Assembly (NCBI GenBank): GCA_964658305.1
Contig: OZ210886.1
Location: forward strand, 62,001-126,000
From: Leptogorgia sarmentosa
Lineage: Eukaryota
Length of the DNA stretch: 64,000 nucleotides
Direction: 5' to 3'
Below the pieces are notes generated by a model. The model saw only the letters and a program-made list of their open reading frames with translations. It was not told the DNA's origin and did no database searches. Below, piece by piece: positions 53,616 through 64,000 of this stretch. Position 1 is the first letter of the stretch, and the number at the start of each line of letters is the position of its first letter. Made by a program: the position numbers and the translations under genes.

Positions 53616-56600
53616 TCAAAATCCATAAAATTCAACACGAAGGGAGATGTGTTCATTCCAGGATTTCGGTTCAATCCTTACATATCGCGCATCAATGGGA
53701 GGTGAAATAACATTGTGAACTGCAGAATGCTTATCTCCGTTACCATTGAATACCTAAAATAATTAGGTTAACAGTGGTTTAAAAATACTACAGGGGCTCT
53801 AAAAGTCGAGCGAGAAATTCCCTTGTACAGAACTGAAAGTAGCTGTAATTAATCTAGGATACTACTTATAATTGTATATAAATTACTTAAATAGTTCATG
53901 AATACTGAATGTACCCACCTTGGCTTGGCCATCGTGTTTATACAGGAAAAATGTTACCCCATCAATGCTGTAATGCAACGTGTAGGTTTTTACCCACTGT
54001 GAACAGCAATCTTCCCTTCCCTGAGTACTGATACCAACCACAACAGATTGACGTTTGAAATCAACCTTTAACCATTGGTTGAGATCATTTGATTTTGAAG
54101 ACCAAGCGCTTTTTCTGCCACTGTGTGCGATAAAAAACAATCTAGCGTTGTTTGGACCTTGGTTGGAATCCCATTCCGATGACGCTGTGATTTGGGAGTT
54201 TTCAATTTTACCACTGCGCATTCCCAAGTCCTTTGTGCCTTCACAATCTTTTAAAGAAAAATATTTTTGTAACAGAATTGAGTGTTAAGTGATAGCTAGA
54301 GATAAAGTTCTCAATGTGATAGTTCTCAATATGTAAAAGCACTTAAAGTGAACATTGAAGCTGGTTTACGCCATTGAAGTTTATATGTAATTTGTAACTA
54401 CAGCACGAGTCGACAACGGAAAAATTTTGGGTTTTTAATATTTTACGAAAACCTGACTTCGCGTTCACTTACTTTCTTCAAAGGTTTCGCAAGAACTTTC
54501 GAAATATTTACCCATGAAAACAGTAACAGGTTATGAAAGGCTTTTCAAATAAGCTAATACTTGATCGACATCCTAGGTTTTGGAGTATTTCGGCATAGGC
54601 TTGGAAGTAGCTACGTACTGGGCGGTTTGGTAGAATAATATACCCATTTATACTGTAAAATATTGTCATGTGACACCAGAACATCATGCAAACTGGATTA
54701 ACCATGCAAATTCAAAAATGACAGAGACCCTCAACTAAACTAAAGCACTCACTGCAGTGCGAGACCCTCGCCTTGTCTCATGCCTTTTTTCAGACAAAAA
54801 TAAGCGCTGAGTAATTTGATACTGTAAATGTTGATGCCTGGTAATAAATATAAGACATATAAAAGCTGTGGTTAGGCTACCTTTGTAACATCCGTGGAAT
54901 TCCACTCTCATAGAAATGTGACCATGCCAGGTTTTAGGATGAACTCGGACATATCTGGTAGTAATTGCTGTAGGTAGGCTGTGGTAAACAACTGAATCTG
55001 TATCTATATTGCCATCAATTACCTGTCAAGATGTAAGAATCAAGACCATCGAAATTGATATTAAATATCTTATGTGAGAATCGTTGTTTCCAAGTTGAAA
55101 TTTATTTTAAATATGTGAGATGATAAGATTCAACATAATCGTTAATGTTTATAAGAATTAACATCACCATTAAACACGCTTATAATCGACGAATGAACTA
55201 TTTGATTTACCTTGAGAATACCATGAGGTTTATAGGCTTGGAATGACAGTCCATCTTGGCTGTAAGACAGCGTGTAACTCTTAACAAGCTGAGTAGTTCC
55301 TGCTCTTCCCTGGGTACTGATTCCAACTATGGCTGTTGTTCGCTTAAAATCAATCTGTAACCATTGATTGGTGTCATTTGTTTTGGACGACCAAGCTCCT
55401 GTTCTACCATTATGTGGTGTATAAAACAGTCTACTATTGCTTGAGCTGTGGGTTGGACTATATTCACTTGATGCTGAGATTTGTGAGTCACTGATCAGAC
55501 CATTTTCCATTCCAAGTTTCTTTGGTTCACTACAAACTATAAGAAGAAACAATTAGCATTTTTCCAAATCACTATCCTTAACTTGATTATCACTCTAATC
55601 TTGCTAACCAGTAACCATAATGTATCCTACCACTATATAAACTACAATATAATCCTGATAAAAACCCTCACCCTATACGCAATCCAACTACACCTGCATG
55701 CTCCAAATTCTATCTATCTTATATCTTATTCTATCTATCTATCTTCGACAAATATCTTGCGACACGGTTAAATGGAAAACATGCAATGAGTATATTTTTA
55801 CCTTGGTCGCAAAATTGTTGAGTATCCACAGTCTAAAAACATTACAGAGTAACTTTCAGTCTTGGCTTCGAGAGGAGATAAGAAAAGAGGCGTGCATTTG
55901 CAGAAAAAGATCCTCCGAAATATCCCCCCGCTCCCCTCAACCATCTAGAATATTTGGCGGATGCGCCGTGACGAGTCTCAAAGACAGATAATTACCTGCG
56001 GGCATTATATTCTTTCAGTTTTGCTGCCATTTTCTCGTGTGGAGAAACCATTCGGGGAAAACTAATTATGCTGAAAATGTTAGTATTACCTTTAAATTAT
56101 CCTGCATTAAAAGATAAAATTTATATCCAACATCTTTGACTAATTCGCCAGTCTCTCCATCGATCAGTTCGATCAGCTCGCAGTTTTCTGCTGAAAAATC
56201 TTCTCTGTAGTTTATGGCATCACAAAGAATGTTGTTTGCGCAAAGGAACAAACAATCCATTAAGGATGTCATCATTGTCGTTTGAAAAATGCCGTTAACG
56301 ACACGGTGATCTGAAAATAGAATTCACGGAAACATTAATTCAATTTTTCAGTGCATGTCTAGTCCTTGTTCTGGTACGAACTTAAACGTTCTTGTTTGAC
56401 GGTGGTGGGATTTGAACCCGTGAATGCCCCGTGATCATTCGTTTGTAAGTGTACGTACAGTAATTCCCTCAAAGGAGGATGAGTGCTGCATGACGAGAGT
56501 TTTCGTACATCTACATGTAATTTTTCTATGTATGGTTGATTTCTCTTCACTTCTAACTTCAATTTCTACTTATAAAAATTCTCAAAAAATCATAAATTAT

Positions 56601-57793
56601 GGGCCAGGCAATTGATAAAAAGAAAGTTCGATTTGAAAAATATCAAAGTTCAATCTCACTGGTTCAGACCGATCTGAACGGGTTGTTTTATGAAGCTTGA
56701 AAAAATCGTTGTCTGCAGCAAGGGGACAGCATTATCCAGGCAGCCTTCAAGCGCGTTTGCTCTCTCCAAATATACTTATTGAACACGTCGAAAACATGCC
56801 AATTAATTGAGGAGAGCAGACTGAAACAGATATTGGTGAATAATAGTTCCTCACCCCAATAGAATAAATGCAAAGTATGACGGTATATTCGAAAACGATG
56901 TCCGGGTGTTGACGTATACACTTTGCTTTACTCCAGTCATGAAAAAATTCTTAACGACTGTCAGAGGGGCTCAAGTAGCTAAGAAATGAATTTGCTTATA
57001 TGAACCTATGGGTGAATGAATTATTTATCAGTTTACACGTCAATATATACTTATAGTTCTTTTACTCGCGCGCTAAACTACTGGCAATATTTCTACCTAG
57101 AAAAAACGAAAGTGTAACAATACTATCATTCTGAAGTCACCATGCAATAGCCAATAGGTAGTGCGAAGTTACAATAATTGTTCTGTATAGGGCTTGACAC
57201 ACATTATACATAAATTAACGCCCTGGTCATTTCGGCATTTTGCACGAAACTAGCTACATCTATCTGCACAACGGTATATAACAATTTCAATTTTGTGCAT
57301 GGCGAAGGGCGAACGGCTAAACATAAACGTACTTTTCATTTTAGCTAATAAAATGAGGGCCGAAAAATTCGTTCCAGTCAGTGGCACTTTAAGAAAAGCG
57401 TTAGTCAAATCATCACGTAATTGCAATTGTTAATAATAGACAAGGCTGTTTTCCGATGATATTTTTTGGCGTGTTGTATTGTACAAGGGGATTAAAAATC
57501 GTGATGAAGTAAAAAATGTTTTTTCTTGTGTAATTGTACTAGTCTACATATACAATATATCATATTCTATTGACTAGAAAATATAATCTATAAATTATAA
57601 TTACAATTTCTATATCGACCGTTCTACCTTGATGAAATGTAGATTTGAAAAATACTACGCCAGTGTCGAATCTGGTGCTCACATTCGAGGGTGAACCACT
57701 CTCTCCTTTGGTCATTTCATCGCCATATGCTCGATCCAAACTCCTCACAAACAGCAGCCAAAACAACCAGCTTTGTAGCGTGATCACAAACAT
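53616..57793 (-). CDS. Type C secreted PAN + 2x discoidin protein, copy C2
   Basis: Appears identical to C1 at +8916. Confidence 0.85.
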
Positions 57794-58222
57794 GATCGTT
57801 CTGTAGTTAGTTCTTCTACATTGATATATAGGCGTTATTTAATTAAGACAGCAGGTGTATATGTTTGGCTGATATATCTATAAATTAATAACGATCGAGG
57901 GCAGTTTTCGAACTCTCTATCGAACTGTCAGTGGCAAAATGAAGTTAAACTAGTAAGATCACGAAATATCATGGAAACATATGCATGTAGCTACTAAATT
58001 TTCACGGCATTTCTAATAATTAGGCTGTAAATGTTTTTTTGGAAATAAGTTTTCAATAACGCGAATATGTATATAAGTAATAGTTATATGTTCAAATCAG
58101 TCAACAAGAATTCTGCCTGAAATACAGAACTGTTGCTGATGTGATTAAGATTGGATAATCCAAAAGAATTCAACTTACTTTGTATACAAGAAACCTCAGT
58201 TACATTCACTACAATATATTTC

Positions 58223-58360
58223 CAATGGCGAAGCCAGCTTGACGATTTGGTCATGTTATGCAAATATTTCTGTGTTCAAAGAAAACAACAAATTTCTAAA
58301 TCATTATAATCTCAAACTTGCATATAGCATGACCGAATCTTCGGACTGGCTTTGCCACAG
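58223..58360. mobile_element. Short hAT-type MITE upstream of C2 (duplicate of 49307-49444)
   Basis: Same TIRs and tatatttc TSD. Confidence 0.8.
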
Positions 58361-59534
58361 TATATTTCCAAAACTTTACATTTATTATTTACAGCCGATG
58401 GGGAAACGTCGCATATATTTTGTGTATTGTACACGAGAAACGTCATATGGAATCCTTCAGGCATTATCTTATTAAATATTGCCGACTTCAAAATTGAAAT
58501 CTGGTTGTAAAAATTAAGCGATAACTGATAGTCTATCGACTCTCTCCAATATAAAAATAATATTATATATTATTTGCATCATACATGCGAACAAAAACAG
58601 GAATCCACAAACGTGTGTGTGCAATTTGCTATATCTATTTCGACGATTTGCTATCCCCCACTAACATCTCCCCCCAACGTCCATATGTTTCTCGTGGCCA
58701 TTGCTACGCAGCTGGTGTGAGCAGTCTCATGTGGTTACATGAATGTCGAAACATGCGCATGTATATATGCAGATGATTATATTGCGCTCTTTCACTTACA
58801 TGCAATCCTTTTCAAATGTGTTGGGACAGATGCTCCAAATACACATCATTTTCTCAAACGCCAATCCCCCTCGCCCCCTATTCAATGCTAAGTTGTAGTT
58901 AGGATTTGATTTTCACGTACAATAGTGTATGGATTGGAAAAACAAGATTGAATGGGGGAGGGGATATTATTGTTTGTAATTATTAATAAAATGTCACGAT
59001 ATCCTAAAACCATTTGTGCCCCAACTACTTTTGAAAATGATTGTAGGTGTTGTTGAGCACTTGAGCACTCTGAGTGGAGAGCTAGTGTCCATTCCCAACA
59101 CTGCAAAGCTCGTGTATACTCGTTAGAGCACTCTGGCCACATGGCCTTCTGCGCATGTGTAAATTGTTCTTTCGAACAATAAAGGTGGATGATATCGGTG
59201 GAAATGGTGATGGCGTCATCTTCGAATTCAAATATAGTGAGGATTGAGGGAGAAGGATTGTTGTAACCATTAGCTGGTTGCCAGGGGCGACATACTTACA
59301 CCTTTTCAATGGAGGGAGGTTGGGGGTTATGGGAAAGAATGCTCTGCAGGAATATGGAATAGGAATTGTTGAGTTGAATGAAGAAAATAATTCCATAAAT
59401 ACGCAACTTCTTCTCTTTTAATATATAAATTTTCATGCAAAATAACTCTTTTATAAATATAAATACAAAATATGGCGAGTCTATACACAAATATTTATGA
59501 AATTTGTACAATATATAAGGTATAACATTATGAT

Positions 59535-62500
59535 TTACAAATTATTATGATGTGCCACCCATGTTTTACAAATACTATCAAAATTATGGGTGATCCATTG
59601 TTCTCGAAGTTTCGAATAGCGTTCTCGACACAGAAACAGAGGCTTGCCTCGTCTAAACATAAACATATCAATTTAACAGAGAGTTAGTAGGTTTTGTTCT
59701 CACAGATTATCGTCTAAATGGGAGGGAATCCCGATTCCACATTCTTCCCAAGATCTCGATTCCCAATTTCAGCAATGAATCAGGTAAAATTCTGACCTTA
59801 AATCAATATCTTCTTCGCCAAATTCATCCAGATATACCGAGCCCCAAACACTCGCTTTATCGCCACGTATTACAAATACACTGGACGACATTAAAATTAA
59901 GAAAATCGCAGTGCCATAACCACATTCCATCGCGTGCTGAAACACAAACACATGTATGCTGATATTTGAAATAAAGTGGGCAACGAATGTTATATATAAT
60001 TAGACATTAATCAAATCCCACCACCACTTTCGCCTGTTCAGGATATTGTCAACAAACTTACCCTTACACATTCACGTGTATTTTGACGTTCACAACATTT
60101 GCCTCGTAGACAAAGGAATGTACCACAAACTAAGCAAAGCGTTGGCTCATCGGGTATCGTATCACAGGTTTCGCACGATTTTTTTCGATACGTTTGAAAT
60201 AAACTAAAAATACAGGGTTTAAATAATTAATCTATTGCTAACAAACGAAATTTCTAAAACTATAAGATATTTTGCAAAACTGCTTCTCAGCTGGTAGAAC
60301 TAGAATGTCTTGTTTAGCCGCTTCTTTAAAAATTTATTCTTTAATCTGTATTTGAAATATTTTGTCCCGTTTTATCATCGTCTTTTTATAGGATACAGTA
60401 GAATGCACGCCATGAAAACCTATCCATGCAGACCTTGAAAAAAATTACGACCTGTATTTTGCCAAAAAGGTTGGGTGGTTTTTATTTAGATATTGTATTC
60501 ATTTATCTTGAACATCAAATTTAGTTAGATGCATATAAAACTGGTGTAACCTTACGAATAATTAGTACAACAATTGTTGTCATTTTAAATGAAAAACTAC
60601 TTGCCCACAATAACGTTCAGGTAGTTCCACTAATCTTGGTACCTCCCATTGATCCATTCCTGGGAATAAGTCCTAATTATGTACAAGAGTTAATGAGTTA
60701 TTATGAGAATGTATTGAAGGTATTATAAGAACGCATTCATTGATAAGGTCTAACGTCTTTTGGTTCCCTTCAAACATATATGGCGATGTGGCTTGGAAAC
60801 TTCATGGCGTTTATAATGGGTTTCGGATTTATGGTGAGAGGACTTGCTTGTTTTTATTTCAAAAGTGTGGCTGAGTGTATGTGTATGGGCCACTGAGCTT
60901 ATGTGAGCTCAGATTGTTCCCTGGAAAAGCAGTGAATCGTACCTTAGGAAACGAGTCGTGTCGATGTGAAACATGGCGCAGTTGTTTACACCAGGTTTTA
61001 ATCAATGTTAACGAAGGAGGTTCGTGTGAACATTGAAAACAATCTGTGATGGAGAACGTTGACGGAGGTTGGTTGTGAAGACCCAAAGACTTGGTTAATA
61101 AATAGAATTCGTTTTCATCATCCTAAAAGACAATTGACACAAAGATGAAACATTTTTTAACTGCATGACACAGCGGTGATTATGAAATAAAATTGCTACC
61201 CCGGTACAAGTTGTCACACTCTATAGTTATACCCTGTATAGCAATCTCATGCAGGCCTGTTTGTGATATGTACAAGCGAGGCATTGGGATCTATTTGCTT
61301 TGGACCTAAGGACAACAGGAAACTGCATTTCCTATTACTTTAAGCTTACAATCACCGACTCACCTGTGTAACAGAACATTCAGTGGAGTAACATAACGTG
61401 GACAAGGAGGAGACAAGACGTAAAAATGGCAGACAATACGTCCGAAGAGTGGCTTCGACAGAATGTGGAGACCACACTGATTGTGAAATCTGGAATGCAA
61501 ATCACAAAGGAGATAAACAAGTACATATCTTTTGTTCAATGTACATATACAAATGAAAAATTTATATTATTGAGATCATGATGATATGCATTGACAACTG
61601 CAGGAATTATCTACTTACCCCAGGACATTCTTCTGTGGCTTGACATAACTTACTGTCAGCCAAATAAAGACAAACATTACTCAACAAAACATCTGTAGAT
61701 AGGTGAGCTTCGCCACGTCCGTGCTAAAAAAGTTCCACGTTAAGTTACGAAACTGCGGGAATACTATATACAATTGATATGTGCAAATGATATTGAAACA
61801 TGAAGCGAAATTGATGTATGTATTATTGGAATCCAGTTTGCCATAAAATACAGAATCCAGATAAACAACTAATTTGAGAATCTGCAACTTTTCAATCTGC
61901 AAAGTATCTAGAATGTACAAGTATGATCTGTAATCCGCGACACCCATTTTTATAATACTACAGTATACCTGGTAAAGAGATAATACCTCTGCATCGTGTA
62001 CTCACGTTTGAACTAAAATTACCTTGTATTTCTTTGCATGGACTCGCCAAGATGTTCTTTCGTCTTCAGTGAGAGCACAGCATGTTTTAACTAACGCCTA
62101 TATAACACACACTCAAATTCACTAACTGTACTGTACATATAATCATTTATAAAATTCCCTGTATCAGCAAACTTGATCATGCAATTGCAGCAACTTACTT
62201 GAACCAAAACAACGTTAAAGACAATCTGTACCAGACACTGAAAACACCCTGTATAAAAGAAGTGATGTACATCAGCCAGGTAGGGAGTAGGAGTGCATCA
62301 ATGCTTGAATGAGAAGTAAATGCTGCTTTTTGTGAGGTTTTTCAGCTTTAGGTAAACCCTTGCGCGATTGACATCCTGCGACCCTCGAGTTTTGTTTTGG
62401 TTGAGCAAAAAGAAAACGTCTTACTAACCAAGTAATCTCGTGTTCGTGTCTAAACTTATGAACTTACTCAGACTAAGCGGAGCAGGCCATGACAAAACAA

Positions 62501-64000
62501 GCTGAAGAAGCAAGCAGACACAGTCTTTTAACAACAATGGGACATCATTTACTGGATTATCTTCGCCTGAACTGAAATAAAACGATGGGCTGGTATTAAT
62601 CACCACAGGTTAAAGTTATCGCAGTTCAAATTCTATTATCGAGGCAAAAAAACAAATGTAGAAACTTACTCTGTTGCACATGATTCTATAGACTGCCCAG
62701 TCAAAAGAGCAAAAACATGACATAATGGACGAACGAGTGTTTGACACTGGAATTGCAACGTTCGTAATAATGTGCCTGCAGATAAAATAAAACACGAAGT
62801 ATGAATTTTATATGTCCTTCGTGCCAAAAAGATAAAGAGCTTTAACAAGACTGTAAACAGAAAAAATAACTAAAAAATTACCGTAGAAACGTTTTCTTGC
62901 GGACGATAATTTTCCAGCTTGTATTGCTATATGTTCGGCTTCGAGATTGGATCTATAATTAAAACCTTGAAATTAAACTTGAAAAGGAATACAACTCAAA
63001 GACTACGTTTAATTTGTTCCAGGATGAGTACATTCAATCGAAGCTGGTGTTTGGTGGGTTGTGGTACAGGGTATATATTTTAAGTTACAGAAATAATTTA
63101 TGTTTCATTTGTTGCTCGATTGATTATTGTACCATCATTTTAATGGTAATAAACATGTAGGTTACCTCGCAGTTTCAACAATGAGCGAAAACTTGTGTTG
63201 AGAGACAGTGATATTTTCTCGTTCTTTGCTCAAATTTAGGCGGTTAATTGCATCCACGAGAAATGTCACAGATGTGCTTAAAACACTTGGTTGGAGCGCA
63301 CTTGTCGTTAACTTTGACCAATTCTAAACGAAATTATAATTTTTAATAAAGACCAACAGTTTAACTTTTCAATCCACACATGGAGCTGATATAGCTAAGT
63401 ATTGATGTTGGACATACATTGTTGCAGAACTTCAACATCGTTGACTTTAACTCACACAGCGTTTCTCGATGATACATTGCCTAAAAATTACAGACACAAC
63501 GTACATCACTATATGTTGATGAAAGGGTAATTAAGTGCAGAAGTTTGTATCTTATTATGTTTGATGACTATGTGAACGAGTATTTTATTGACTATGTATA
63601 GATGGCGTGGATCCTGTACCTTATTTTTGTTGCACATTGATGGCATAACATCTGATGGTAAAATTGGCAAAATAGCATTTCCTACACGTCGACAAACAGG
63701 ACATTTAAATTCTTCTCTCGTAACATCATATGTTTGATGACGATTATTTGTTGATGATTGCTCGTCCTGAAAAACAGTAAACCAAAGTTATAAACGCAAC
63801 GTCGTACTCGGGCTTTGAAGAGGGAAAGTCCTGGTAACGAGGTTGAGTTATACCAATACATTTTCCTCAGAGTTATTCAGGCAATTTTAAGTTAACCTAG
63901 GATTCACCTAACCGGCTATTGAACAATCCGCTTCTGAACTCCACCCAGTGTTTCACGGTATTTCAAGTACATGTACCTTGAGTGTTTGTAGGTATCTTTG
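59535..64000 (-). CDS. UBR3: E3 ubiquitin-protein ligase UBR3, 3' portion (continues beyond the window)
   Basis: Exons include 63766-63620 ([17 protein letters not shown], end of RING-H2), ~62571-62470 (DVPLLLKD), 61489-61364 ([21 protein letters not shown]), 61122-60943, 60672-60605 (RLVELPERY), 60203-60062 ([18 protein letters not shown]), 59936-59797 ([17 protein letters not shown]), 59652-59535 ([23 protein letters not shown]). Some internal exons at 61.6-63.5 kb were not fully resolved. Confidence 0.88.

Larger units (their letters stand above)
43102..60787. repeat. Tandem duplication of ~8.9 kb (type B 5' end + type C gene + UBR3 3' end), two units
   Basis: 44.7-51.87 kb and 53.6-60.79 kb match at a constant 8916 offset; junction at 51871. 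Confidence 0.95.

Noticed and set aside
63797..63925. Short palindromic repeat-like fragments in a UBR3 intron
   Set aside because: Degenerate, with undefined boundaries and no TSD.
1..64000. CRISPR arrays, prokaryotic operons, rRNA genes or autonomous transposons
   Set aside because: The sequence is spliceosomal-intron eukaryotic DNA; no repeat-spacer array, rRNA signature or long transposase/RT ORF is present.

Overview
AT-rich, intron-rich animal genomic DNA. An invertebrate, probably an anthozoan cnidarian, is my inference from gene and repeat style. Two conserved genes bracket the window: LRRC49 (+, ~898-7534) and the 3' half of a UBR3-type E3 ligase (-, 59535 to beyond 64000). Between them is a recently expanded tandem array of minus-strand genes for secreted discoidin (F5/8 type C) proteins. 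Five genes encode signal peptide + coiled-coil + 3 discoidin domains (one type A, four type B). Two genes encode signal peptide + PAN/apple-like domain + 2 discoidin domains (type C). One truncated type B 5' fragment is fused to a duplicated UBR3 3' end. At least three duplication events built the array (junctions at ~13929; at 22290/29922/37634; and at 51871), and each carried along pieces of the flanking genes. Amino-acid differences between paralogues cluster in the ligand-binding spike loops on an otherwise near-identical scaffold, which suggests a diversifying secreted recognition (lectin-like) family. Several MITEs, including a nested hAT pair, and two GC-AG introns are also visible. Exon coordinates were read by hand; gene names rest on recalled similarity, not on a database search.
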